A stretch of DNA of 64,000 nt from a virus. Taxonomy: Duplodnaviria; Caudoviricetes. The notes beneath the pieces are model-generated. The model did not search any database, had not been told where the DNA came from, and saw nothing but the letters and a program-made list of their open reading frames with translations. Location: positions 1,813-65,812 of IMG/VR virus record IMGVR_UViG_3300030376_007339; one strand, 5' to 3'. Below are positions 1-13,600 of the stretch, piece by piece (within the stretch, counting starts at the first letter, position 1; each line of letters opens with the position of its first letter). A program made the position numbers and the translations under genes.

Positions 1-219
1 TATGTTCTCACTAAACGAACTTGACCGTTCTAATTTTGCTTCAACAAGTAAACTGCTGTCATCTACAATTGTAACTTTAGGTGTTAAAGTAACTGCTGGC
101 CTACCTGCTGACCCATCATCTGATGTCGCTGGTGTGCCGTCAAACCCGACTATTACTTCGTTTATGTTATCTGCTATGGTCTGTAAAAGTATTCTTTTTA
201 TTCTGTTAGAAATCGGCAT
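1..219 (-). CDS. Tail/baseplate structural protein, 3' end truncated by window edge
   Basis: Not in the ORF track. ATG at 219 overlaps the upstream stop (TAATG) with GGAG upstream; reads MPISNRIKRILLQTIADNINEVIVGFDGTPATSDD..., similar to small beta-rich tail-collar-type proteins. Confidence 0.6.
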   Translation of the reverse strand, partial: MPISNRIKRILLQTIADNINEVIVGFDGTPATSDDGSAGRPAVTLTPKVTIVDDSSLLVEAKLERSSSFSENI

Positions 220-1628
220 TAATATCTGCTCCTACTCTTTTTTATTGTTCCTATTGTCAATCCATTCTTACCTATGACACCTCTTGATGGGTATCCTCCG
301 ATTAAGAATGCGCCTTCCCCTATTTCCCTTATCGTATAGGAAGAATAAATGTTTACTCTTATTCCCCCAAACATTGTCAAGTTTTCTTCTTGATTTTGTA
401 TATACGTTAAAGGACTTACCTCGTTTGATTGGAAAACAACTCCTTCTTCAATACCTTGTAAGATTCCTTCTATACCTACGTCAATACTTAACAAAGACAA
501 ATCTGTTGATTTTGAAGTGGTGTTGTGTTTACTTTCAGAAACAAAGTATTGCTTGCCACCGTAATTAATACTCATACCGGGTCTAACAGACAGTATGTTT
601 TGATGCCCCGAACTTTGTATGGCACCTTCTTCTAAAGCAAAACCACGTAATATCTGACGTGCCACTCTTCTTGCTGACATACTGTTTCTTACTGTCATAT
701 CTGTAATAGGGCCTGATGATTCTCTTACTTCACCATTAACCCCGCTTTGACGGTTAGTATCATTTACAGTAACTACAACTTGGTCATTCAATGCCATAGG
801 TAATCCTTGCACTGTTACTCTATTAGGTGTGTTACTTACATTATCTATAGTTTGATTTCCGAATCGTAAATTAGGATTAACTGAATAACCACTTTCTGAA
901 AAACTAATTGGTACATACAATAAATTACCAAATCTGTCAAGTAAAACCATTCTTCCATCGTTTCTTGAAAGAAAACGTAAAGCCGTCATGATGTTTACAT
1001 TATGAAAGTCTTGACCAATAAATCTCGTTGAGTGTAGTTTTCTACCTGTATCATTAGCGGTGCTGCTTAAACTTCTTCCGATATTGGCACTATTTATTCC
1101 ACCACTTACAGTTTGAACTATTTTTATAGCAAAATCACTTGTTCTAAGACCTATATCAATTGGTTGACCTAATTTAACTGTGTCACCATTAAATCCTATG
1201 TCGGATAAAGTACGTCCTTTCATATTTCTTAAATTTAATTTTACACCATCTGTAGCAGACTCAAGGGATGATGCAACTAATCTGTTGGATGGTTGTGCGC
1301 TATCATACATTAAAATAGGTAAATTAGATGAATTAATTGCATTATTACCAAAGAAAGGCGCTACTGTGCTTGTATGACCATGTGCTTCTTTGTGGGTAAT
1401 TTGTAAGAATGACTCTCCTTCAACGATTTGATATTCTCTTTGAGGCATAACTTGAAATGTATTTGAATTCGATTTTTCAATTGTAATTTTATTCTTAACT
1501 CCACTTGTAATATCGTATTTACCAAAATGAATTGCGTTATCAACAAATACTGGTTTTCTTGCATTTTTTACATACAAACTAGAATCAGTGTTATGCCTAC
1601 CAGTAACGGTATTTTTAATTACAGTCAC
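219..1628 (-). CDS. Baseplate hub / Tal-like tail tip protein
   Basis: 469 aa at the end of the tail module; hub-like pattern (ALRFLSR..GRMVLLDRFGNLLY; NRVTVQG; ARRVARQIL; VRPGMSINY). Confidence 0.6.
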   Translation of the reverse strand: MTVIKNTVTGRHNTDSSLYVKNARKPVFVDNAIHFGKYDITSGVKNKITIEKSNSNTFQVMPQREYQIVEGESFLQITHKEAHGHTSTVAPFFGNNAINSSNLPILMYDSAQPSNRLVASSLESATDGVKLNLRNMKGRTLSDIGFNGDTVKLGQPIDIGLRTSDFAIKIVQTVSGGINSANIGRSLSSTANDTGRKLHSTRFIGQDFHNVNIMTALRFLSRNDGRMVLLDRFGNLLYVPISFSESGYSVNPNLRFGNQTIDNVSNTPNRVTVQGLPMALNDQVVVTVNDTNRQSGVNGEVRESSGPITDMTVRNSMSARRVARQILRGFALEEGAIQSSGHQNILSVRPGMSINYGGKQYFVSESKHNTTSKSTDLSLLSIDVGIEGILQGIEEGVVFQSNEVSPLTYIQNQEENLTMFGGIRVNIYSSYTIREIGEGAFLIGGYPSRGVIGKNGLTIGTIKKSRSRY

Positions 1629-4600
1629 GGTAAATCACCACCATCAAGATTCAAATCTCCTTTGTGACCCTTTGGATGTAGAGATTGGCTAAATCTTGGT
1701 TGTACAGAAAAGTCTTTTCTTAAGAAAGAAGTACCTGTATCATCTTGGAAAGTCCTCCTTCTTGATGCATCAGAACGATAATGTTCCAATGTGTTTTGAC
1801 TCATTACCACTCTTGTTACTTCGTTGTTAATAGTAGTGGAGTCATAACCTGTAACTCCTGTCCCCTTCAACTTAGGACCTTTGCTAATAGGTTTTGATTC
1901 ATCAGCACTTATATCCATAAAATAAGCAGGGGTATATGGTGCATTAGTGTTAGGACTACTTGAAGTCATAAACTGACCTCCACCTGTTGCTCTCCCGTTA
2001 GTAGTTTCATAAGTAAACAAACCGTATTTACCACCAGCCGTAGCAGCAAAATAATTACTACCGTATTGTGGTGACGTAGTAGCAAGGTTGAGATTTGAAC
2101 GGAACATTTCAATGTGTTGTTTATCAAGCAACCTAACAGGTTTTAGCATAAAAGAAATTGATTTGTCTTTTGTATTTGCTCTCTTTGATGCACTTGTGAA
2201 AACATCAGTTACATACGGGTTACTACCCTTACCTACAGGTGGACCGAAAGTAAGTGTAGTATTTGCATTTGTAGCAGTTGTATCAGCGCTTAGTGTGAAA
2301 CAAGTCGCATTGTTGATAGCGGTTACAGTAGCACTTGATGGGATGCCTGTTCCTGTTACTGTCATACCAACAACTAACTTTGCAGTTGAATCCATTGTAA
2401 TGTGTCTAACACTTGTTGATGAGCCATCAGACAATCCCGATGTATGATTTGTATCACAAGTAGCATCACTGAATGAACCCCAATCTGTATCGTCAATTGG
2501 AGATAAGTAATTTTTAGTCTCAGCAATATACACTCCACCTAACGGGTTAAAGTTAGACGTGTGGCTCATTCTCATTACACCACCAGCCGGTTGAGCGGTA
2601 AAAGTCAAAGCGGTTAAATCGTAATCTGCTAAAGTTTGTGAACCAGTAGTCATTCCACCTTGCAATACCACTCTTTGCCCAACGTTTCTATCTGTGTGTA
2701 AACTATGTGCTTCGGTATTGAGAACGATTAAGTTTACATCTTCGCCTTCAATATTCTCGGTATCGATACCTATACGTGGACTACTTCGACTTATTGCATC
2801 TTTATGCGGTGTATCGCCGGATATGTTTTCAACTCTATCACTAACTACTGCTTCAGGTTTAAGTAATCCATCTTCATCTATTTCCAATCTTGCACTTATT
2901 CCTCTTGGTACTTCATCATTTTGTAAAGTATCATTTCTTGCTCTTAAGTATCCATCGTTCAAATTAGGTTCAGCAGTATGGTGAGACAAAACCATACCAG
3001 TAGTGTGGTTTGGTTCGTTTAACGCCGTAAGAACATCTTCATTGAACATAGTAGGGTATCGTACTCCTCTTCCATTACCCATGTCACCTACACGAAGTGA
3101 ATGTCTTGGGAAAAATACATCAATTAAAGTTGATGCACTTGCATTATTATGTATATTTAATCTGCCACCAAATCTTGGTAGGCTTCTTCCATCAGTGAAA
3201 GTTAATGTTTGAGATGACTTACTCCCACCTGTAGTTGCCACGGATAATTCAAAATGTGTGGCATCCGTAACTGATGCTACATACGCACCGGATGGGATAC
3301 CTGAGCCAGCAACACCCATTCCTGCTACAATAGAACTGCTAGAAGTATGTGTAATAGTTGGGTCATTATTGTAAGAACCTCCGCCAACAGTAAACGATTT
3401 AATTGTAGCATATCCATCATCAGAATTGTATGCTGATTTAAGATTAAACAAACCAGCAGAACGTGTGGCTGGCGTTTCGTTAGAAGACCTATCAAATTCA
3501 TAAGAATCACCAGCATCCCAAGCAGGTCTTATACCAAACCCACGGACAGGGAAACGCCTGACATCTTCACCACGAGTATTACCCCACCAATCGACTATGT
3601 AATATCCTGCCATGTCTTCAATAGTGGATAAGTTCTTTCCGAAACTATCTCCCCACCAGTCTCTTGCCACTGATGATGCGTTTCTAAGTGTCCTTACGGG
3701 ACAACCAAACGGTCTTGTAAATCTCATCCCGTCACTATATCTTACTTGATAGCCGGGTTTGTCAACATTTAACATACCACTGAAATTTGTTTGCCTTTCT
3801 AATATACCTACATACATATCAGATAAAGTAGGATTGCTAACTCCTGCTTCTCCACCAGCATAAGTCCATGTTCCACCCTCGACTTGTACAAGCGGTCCAT
3901 GCTGATATGCTACACTTGCATTAGTAGCCGTAATTGCACTTTCTCTTAACGCTCTTAATCCGTAAGTTGCCCACTGAGGTTTGTTGTAAGGTTGTCTTAA
4001 ACCAAACCTATAACCGAATGGTCTTGTTCTTAGTGTATTAGATAAAGAACTGTAATTTGATTTACTTATACCACTACTTACAGTGTATGAACCGTCATCA
4101 TCAGCATCAGTCCATATTGGTTTATCATACCCGTAATCTCTTGGATATATCCAACTCGATGAAACATAACCGTAACCATCTAAACGACTTGTGATAGGAC
4201 CACCCCTACTTCCACAAGGCCAAAAGTGATTGAGCATTGTACTCGTACCGGCTTGCGCTTGATACGCTACTGCTTTGTAAAAAGTCAAAGTTTCACTTGA
4301 CTTAGCACCGCCTGTTGTACTTACTGAAAGTTCAAATGTATCTGCATCGGTTATTGATGCTATAGTTGCACCACTTGGAATACCATCTCCATCAACTCTC
4401 ATGCCAACTTCTAATGAAGCCGTTGATGCCAAATCAATTGTTGGGTCGTTGTTATAACTCGCACTTCCTACTGTAAGTATATCATAAGTATTCAAGGCTT
4501 CAATTTCTGTAACAGTTCCTCCATCACCATCTGCGCCGTATTGTACAAATTCTCCTCTAAATCTTCTTGTGTTAAATTCAGTAGGTGTGTCTTCTATCAC

Positions 4601-7600
4601 AGTAATTACTGTGCCGGTATCTGCGCTTGAACTACTTACAGTAAATGTCCTGTCGGCAAGAGAAATTTTAGTTCCTCCTGCAAATTTTAATCCGGGTGAA
4701 GTTGTAATAGCATTGGCAGCACGACTTACAAATCTTCGTGGTTGACTTGTAATAGTAAGTGTACCTGAAGGAGTTGAGCCGGGTGTAACAGATAAATCAA
4801 ATTGCGTACCACTAACTACATTTGCTACAGTAGCATTAGTTGGTATGTTTGTACCTGTTACTTTACTTCCTACAATTATGTTACCATTACTACTATGTGT
4901 TATTCTTGCACCTGATATACTTGAGAAAGTTACAGTTATATCACCAAAAGTAAGTGTTTGTCCACTTTTTACACCACCAGTTGTTGATGCCGATAACTCA
5001 AATTCAGTATCACTTGTTACGGATGAAATTGTAGCACCGACAGGGATACCAGTACCGCTTACAGTCATACCAGCAACTAACATCTTTGTTGAATTATGCG
5101 TGATAGTTGGGTCGTTATTATATGCAGCACCGCCTATAGTGAAGTTATTTACTGTAGATGGCTTCGGGGTTTTTATTTTAAATCCAAAAGGACCGGGGCT
5201 TGTAAAGTAAGTTGCATCGTGATAATGAATTGTTTCAAAGTGTTCAGGCATACTGTTAAGTGGTTTTTGGTCAATTGCTTTATCTGCTGAACTACTTAAC
5301 CATGTTCGTGTACTGTCGCTATAATAAGTGTGCGGTCTACCAAGATTAGGATGCCATAGACACAAGAAAGCATCTGCCATGTGGAGACTGTTTGTATCTC
5401 GTGTGCCCTGTAAATTCTGTGGTAAATTCCTTGTCATAATGCTTGTCTTTGATTCTTTTAATATCGCACCGGCTGGTCTAAAATCATTCATACGAGAAAG
5501 TCTAATTTTTGTACCAGCAGTTAAATTATCAGTGAAAGTAGTGTTAGCAGCGATTGTGAATAATTTTGGTTTATTCATATTGGTTGCGTCATAACCACTT
5601 CTTTCAGTATAAGTGTGAGTTCTTCTAATACCGTTTGCATCTGTATATTCCAATACTTCTCCATAATATGGTTGCTTAGGGAAACCTCTTGCATCATCAA
5701 CAGTAATACTTGTTGAAGCCACAGATACAACGCTGCATACTGGGGTTACACTAATCAGTTCGTTAATTTCTGAATATATATCAGGATATGTGCTTGGGTA
5801 TCCTGCAAGCGTTAGTTGCGCTGCTATACTACCTGCATTTGCTCTTAAGAAATAATAGTAATTATCCATCCTGTGCCAAGAAAGATGTCTGTAACCGTAT
5901 GAAGAACTGTCATCAGGTCCTACTTTATGCGACATAGACCACCATGGAGTATTTATTGTGTAGCCGGGTGTTGAATCTAAAAACATGTTTGGATGATAAG
6001 GTAAACTTTCTTTAATGAAAGCAGGACTTTCACTCGATTGTACACCAAGTGGATTGTAAAGTAATAGTGGAGGGATGTTAGTAAATTGACTTCCAAAATC
6101 AGGGTCTTGGTCAACCATTATTTCATTGATGAACACTTCACATCCTCTCACATCAGCCATGGTCGCATTTGCTAATACCAAACCTAACGCACCAGTTGAG
6201 TGGTCTATTTCTCTAATACCGATTACAAGAGCAGTTTGTTGAGTAGTAAGTTCTTCAACGCTACCATCAGGTACATCAGTTGCGGGTCCATTTTCATGGA
6301 AACCTATGAATTGATTTGGTAATATATTTGGTTGAATAATTATCTGATACGAACCCACTTCAGCAGGGTCAGGGAAATGTTGTGTTAAGGAATAAGTTCC
6401 TGCCGCTTCTAATACAATAGTGTGACCGCCTTTTGAATTTACGACACCTGCTTGTCCCTTAGATGCAAGTACACCATATCCGTCATAACGTACCTTTGAT
6501 TCAAACATTAAAGTAAATCCACCGCCATGAACATCGCTTGGGCCGCTTGGTGTAGCATTAATTGTACTAAAGTATAGCATAGGGTCATAAGAAGATAATT
6601 GATTTGTCAAAGCGGCATCTATTCCACTTCTTGAGGTATTCCTTCCTACAAATTCATTTGTACCTGTAGATGCACCTCTAGCGCCTAATACTTCTTTTTC
6701 AAAGAAAGTTTTAGTTGCACCACGACACGCTTTGTGTCTTTTGTAAAGACCTTGATATGCCGGATGTGCCCAATGACCGGGTAACATAGCCATTGTTGGA
6801 TTTACAAAATGATGTCCCATACGTGGTATAGGTGCTGGTGTCAGTTCTGTTGCTTGATACGTACCAAGACCTGTTAACACTTTTGAAGCAGCAGCGTCGT
6901 TTCCAACTAATCTTGCATTTACCATATCAGGAGAATTACCTGATACTTCTGCATGGTCACGTAGTCTTCTTGATGCAAAGAATCGTGTGCTTCCGGCAGG
7001 CATATAATAAGATGGTACGACTTTCAAAGAAGTAATACTACTTGCTACAAGACTTGTAAATTCCGCATCTCCAACACATCCTGTAAAAGTTGCTCCGCTT
7101 ATTCCAGTAAATGAAGCAACTCCGCCACGGTCTGTTGTAGGATTGTATAATCGCAAAAATCTTCTTGTTCCAGTATCTCTTTCTTGGTCACCAAATGCAG
7201 TTGAGAAAATATTTGCATCAATAGTTGCATTCACAGTTAAAGTAGTTCCACTAAAACTTACACCCGTTAAATCGTTATTTGTCACTCCTGCACTGTGAGT
7301 ATAGTATGTTGGATGTTTGTGAGTATGTGTATTCCCATTCTTTGTAACATGGAAGTATAAACTTCTATCATGTAATTCATAGGATGTTTCAATAGGTGCG
7401 TTGTTAGTCGCACTTCCCCATCCATTAAACGTACTATCAGGGAATGCTTCTCCTGTTGCACTTTGGCTAATGTGTTCCCATAAATGGTCACTGTAAAACG
7501 GTGCTAAACGTGGTGCCTTAGTTGTAGCAAAAGTATCATCATCGTTTGGATACCTAATGTTGAAAAGTTCTCCAATTGATTTTGCATTTATCTTTGGCCT

Positions 7601-10600
7601 CATCATACCGCCTGTACCTAATGTTTCTGTTTGATACGATTGTAATCGGTCAAATCCACTTCTTATGACAATATTACCCGGTACTGCATTCGGGTCAGGT
7701 AAACGAATTTGCAAGTTTGGTTCTATACCACTTCCGCTTATTGCGGGTGCTAAACCTTCTGACACTCTATCAGAAATTTGGTTGAAGGTTCTAATTATAG
7801 TGCCGAATGGAGAGCCACCCTCTACAGTGTGAATTTGTCCTGTGTCATCCATAACTGAAACACCGTCAAACTGCATTTCTTCATTTGGTATTTCTAACAC
7901 ATTTCTTAATTCATCAGGATGCGATGCTGCTAATTGCGGGTGGCTAAGTTCTTGTGCTTGAATTATTGGGAACATAGCAGAATTAGTTGTTTCAAAAGAG
8001 AAGCGATTTACACCATATATTTTCTCTCCTGTGGTATGTGAATTAGTTGATACAACTCTTGTAACAAATGGAATTGCACCTAATCCTCTTGCGTTTACTG
8101 CTGGTAAACTTAAGTTGCCACCATCCATTCTTTTCCAAACAATATGCTCTATGCTAAAATTGTCAATAGGACTTTTCTCAGATAGTTTGTATGCGTTTGT
8201 ATCACCTAACCAAAAGTTTGCATCATCAGCATATACATTTAAATCGCTTGATGTTGAGCCTGAAGTAAAAGCAGTTAGAATGTTTCTTTCAACGTCTGAA
8301 TTACTCTCTAAATGTATTGAGCCGGGACTGTTATCTAAGTCAAAGAACAAATCACCTGTTTTTGCATGACACGGTTCTGCGTTCAATAAATTTGCACCCT
8401 CCAGTGCAGCCGTAATTGTAGGATTATCATATATTCCGTTATCGGCTAAATCAGCCTCAATAGTAGGTATTTGTGTATTTGCGTAAATCAACGCTTCAAC
8501 ATTTGGTCCTGCATTAGCAGGTGCGATATATCTTTCAGCATGGTGGAATCTTTCATCCCACCTTGATGTACCAGCGAACGTAATTGCCGTTGCTGCTGCT
8601 ACACCTTCTTTTGTTTTCGATACAACTGCTAACCAGTCTCCTGTTGCCTTTATACCATCTCTATCGTACTTTGCCACTAAAGGTAATTCACTTTCGTAAC
8701 TCACAACAAGGAAAGCACGACTATAGACTCCTTGAGGGTGTGTTAATTCATCAGGTAAAATAAACTCAGAATTAGCATGTATGGGTTTGAAACTGTATCG
8801 ACTCGATACTGATTCAGATGTCTCAAACTCAAATAAAGGAGTAAAGGTAAGTGTTTGACTTGATTTTGAACCTCCTGTTGTAGCAGCAGATAATTCAAAA
8901 TGAGTTGCATCTGTTACACTTACTACGTAAGCACCTGTAGGAATACCCGAACCCGAAACGCCCATACCTCTTACGATACTGGAACTTGATGCATGAGTGA
9001 TAGTCGTTTGATTATTGTAAGACGCACTTCCTACTGTAAAGGATTTGTAAAATTTATCAGTGGAGGCTAATCCTACATTCCATGTATATGGTGTAGTAAT
9101 TGTTTCATCAGTGCCATTAACCAAGTTTACTCTCGGATTACCCTCAGGTGAATTGAAATTTGGATATACAGTTGGAATGTGACCTAGTGCATTCATACAT
9201 GAGTTGTTTGAACCGTAAGGTGAAAATCCAAGTTTAGGATACCAAGCCCCTAATCCTGCACCATATAAATTACTTGTAAAAGTAAGTGTTGTGTTTGTAT
9301 TAGTTGCAGTTACATCAGCATTTATTCTGAATAAAGTGGTACTGTCGATTTGCTCAATAAACGAATTAGCAGGAATACCAGTGCCACTTACAAACATTCC
9401 CCTTGTCAAATTAGCCGTTGAATCAACTCTAATTATTCTTGGATTACCACCAAACGTAGTGCCACTTCCTGCCGTAGTATCAGTATCACATGTTGCATCA
9501 GTAAAACTTGAGGTTGATACCTTTAACGAATTTAAGTATGAATATCTTTCACCAGCCCAACCTATTGCTCCAACAGGTCTTGTTCTATCTATTGCATCAA
9601 CTAAACCATTAAAGTGAACTTGAGTCATGTGGTCACGTGTACTTTCACTTTCATTGTTAAATCGATGTACTCCGGCTTTACTCCATACAAATAATCGTGT
9701 AGGTGTTGCCATGGCTATACCTGTGCCGGTGATAGTTTGTCCCGGCATTGGGAATGTAGGACTATTACCTTCGCAAATGTCATAAAATGTCTTTGCATCT
9801 TCAAACAACGGAAAGCCACTTACTCGATTCGGGGCAAGATAAAATTTAACTTTGTAAGTTCCACTATCATTGTAAATTTCTCTACTATGATAAGGTGCGA
9901 ACATTGGGACATTTAAATTTGTAAATGTAAGTGTAGTGTTAGTATTTGTTGCAGTAGTATCTGCACTTATAGTGAAACATGTACTGTTATTAATTGCCGT
10001 AATTACAGTCCCATCAGGAATACCTGTTCCTTTTACATACAAACCTACAACGATATTTGAATTGGCAGTATGAGTAATGTGTCTAACACTTGTCGAAGAA
10101 CCGTCTGAAAGACCTGATGTATGATTAGTATCACAAGATGCTTCAGTTAACGCAGGACCATTATCTCTTCCACCATCAGGTGTTCTTAACCACCCACAAG
10201 GAGGAATTTGTTCGTGAAGTTCACGCCCTCCGCCATTAAACTTAGCAATAACATATGTCTTTGAACTTGCTAAAGAGTGTGTACCATCACCCATAGATTC
10301 TCCATTTTGAAAGGGAACCATGTTTGCAAAAGTGCCACTTTCATCTATACCGTAATCCGAAGTGAAATCTGCTACTGCCATTTCCACCCAACCGTATCGG
10401 TCTTGTCTCATCGAGTTACCCATACTTGGGAGGAAAGTACCCCCCATTGCCTTCAAAGCACCTGTACCGGGGTATTCGTTAATCGCTTGTCCTAATACTG
10501 CTGCTAATTCTTCTCCATTTTGGCATCTTGTCGCATCGACTAAAATATAATCAGTGTTAAAGTTAGCAGCCGTACCGCTTCCACTGGTTGGGTCATATAT

Positions 10601-13600
10601 CGCTCCCATTGGACCCGATACACGGAATGCTGCTGGATTTACTACGTTAGAAGACCAACTTGTGATTCTATAGTTACTATTCGGATTTGGTGGATTGAAA
10701 GCAAGTTGGTTGTCTAACCAATGACCGCCGGGATGATAACCTCCATCCATATGATATGTCATATCAGCAGCCATCGCTATACCGTAGTATATTGTAGAAC
10801 AGTGTTTGTACGGATGCGCTTTGAAGAAATCTGCCTTGTTAAATAATGTAATTTTACCTGAAACAGGGTTATTGAAATGCTCACCGTAATGATAACCATG
10901 TTCGGGTCTTTGTCTTAGTTTACCATAATTCGGTATGCCATGTGGAGGTGACCAATTTAATGTTGAATTATAATGGAACTTATGTCTATCATTTTGATAC
11001 GTTGAAGTGGGCGGGCCGAAATATCCAGCATCATTGAATAGTTCATTAGGTAACCTCATTTCTGCTGGTACTTTACTCCACGAATTACCTACTGTTACAA
11101 CTTTACCGGGGTGAGGTTCAGGATTGCTACTTGGAAAAACACCCGATGCCGTGGTATTTTTCTCGGCTAACGGGAACGCTTGACCGGGGCCGAATACTAA
11201 GTAAGTAGTTTTACTTTCAACGTTATTTTTATAGTCTTCATACCGGGCAGTTGGGTGAGCAAAACGAAGCACCATAGGTGTTGGTTTTTGACGTACTACA
11301 CCAGCCGTGTATTTTGCTTGAATAGAAGATGGTACATTTGTATCTGTAAGTAAAGTACCTGCAAAAATATCTGTACTCAATACATTGTTTTTGTTAGACA
11401 CAGGTGATGTGATGCTACCTCGATGCTGATTTAATAAAGCAGTACCGGGGAAAAAAGCAAGTAAAGCATTACAATCTATATGAGCGAAAGATGTACTTAT
11501 TTCATTTGCATGTTGAATACCGGCTGTACCTGTTGGACCGTTAGAATACGGATGTGTGTAAAACGATGAATAATCATTTTGTGTTCCATCATTTACATCT
11601 AATACAACACCACTAAAACCACCACCGAAATAAAGCGGTACACTGTGGTCGGGACTGTCTTTTGCGCCTTTGAAATAAACAACTGGTTCTGAATCAACAC
11701 TTCCGTAAAATCTCATACCGTTTATAATATCAAATGGAAATTTGTTTAACACTACTCCACCACCGGAACGCACTGTTTCTGAATAAAAATCAGTCCATTC
11801 TTTGTTCGTTTCTCCGAAATCAAAAGTTAAATGAGTAGCACTATTAGCACCATTGGCAGATTGTAATAAGGCAAGTTTAGAGTTACCTATATAATATCTC
11901 GCCCTTTCTCCAAATGAGGCTTTTTTCGCTAAAGTATCAACAGTTGAGCCTTCTTGACCAGCAGGGATTAAAGTTTGATATAATAATGAATTAGTACCAG
12001 CAATTAAGGTTCTTGTTAAAATACTCGCAACAGTAACTTGTGCATTACCCCCGCCACCAGTAAGTGTTAGAACTTCAGAAGCAGCGTAACCTGTTCCAGC
12101 AAAATTAATGGCAACTCCTGTAACATTACCAGTACCACCAACAGAATTAACTTTTATTTTTGCGCCTGTTCCTGACCCTGAAGATGTGGTTTCATAAATT
12201 GTGCTTGCTGAATATCCGGTTCCAGCAGCAGTTATACTACCACTTAAAGTAAAAATACCATCATGATAATAATCACCTATTATTAAATTACTCTCATCAA
12301 GACAAGGTAAAATATGGTCACCACTGTTTCTTGTAAAATTAGCACCTTTCAAATTTTCAGTCCACGAGTCAAGATTAATTGGTTTATTTGTAGAGTCAAC
12401 TATTACTGGTGTGGCGGTATTAGCATGGTAACCTCTTCCTTTACTTTTTATTTGTAAAACAGTCAAAGGGATATATCCACTGTTGAAAGTTTTATTGTCA
12501 TCAATATCAGCATCGCTATAAGGTTCATTTGCTGATTCACTTCCTGTGGTAACTTCCCATGAAAGTGTGGTTGCGTTTCTTTTCAAAGTTTGATATAATC
12601 CATATTCTATATGTGCCGCTTCTATTCCTAAATCAGGATGTATAGAACTTTCAAACATATCAGAAATAGGTCTTATATTTTTTTCAGGATTAAAGGCTCT
12701 AATTTTAATTGCATTCGGTGAAACACCCCATTCACCAAATGTCCTTCCATCAGCCGTTTTCATATTTGTACAATCAAAAGAAATACCTTCAACGACATTC
12801 GGATTTTGCAAATTAATTGCAGCGTTAGTAACTGCTGACATTAATTCATCTGTTATTAAACAAGTCCAATTTATTCTTGGAGAAATTAAAACTCGTATAT
12901 CTGTTGTTGAACCTGTAGCAGAAGGATGAGTTTTAGAAGTATTTGATACAGTACCACTATTTACAAAATGAGAAGAGGTAAAACTCGCTCCTTTAACACC
13001 ATGAAAGACATGCGTACCAGATTTATCATTTTGAGTGCGTGATTCATAAGATAAAGTATGACCAACTATACCCTTTACTGTGGTTCCTGTGAATGTATCA
13101 TTTATTTGTAAAAGACCGTTTGTAGCGGGAAAACCAAGATAGCCGAGTATATCAGGGTGATTCGATATTTCACTTCCGCCAGTATGAAATGGTGCTTGTA
13201 AAACAACAGTCAAAGTTTCTGTAGTGCTATTCCATGTAACGACAGAATCAATCCCAACAGATGGTGAAGGGAAGGGACTCCAATAATTACCTCTAAAGGT
13301 ATCTTCAGTTAAATCACCTGATGTATCGATACGCCCTGTAACGTCACCGTATCCAATCAAATGTTGTCCAATTGTAAATCCGCCTTGAGAAACATCTTTA
13401 TCATCAAAAAATATTCCTATTTCATTTTCAATTGTATTTGGTACAATGGTATTATCATTACTATATGGTAAACCTAATTCTCGATATACATATCGTACAC
13501 CATAACTATTACCTCTATGGTCAGTTAATTTTAGTCCATATAAGTGACTATCACCAACATTTTCTGCCATCACATCATTACTATCAATATAACTTGAATA

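Noticed and set aside
2246-10150. Diversity-generating retroelement template/variable repeats
   Set aside because: No reverse transcriptase; differences between copies are mostly synonymous and not adenine-specific.
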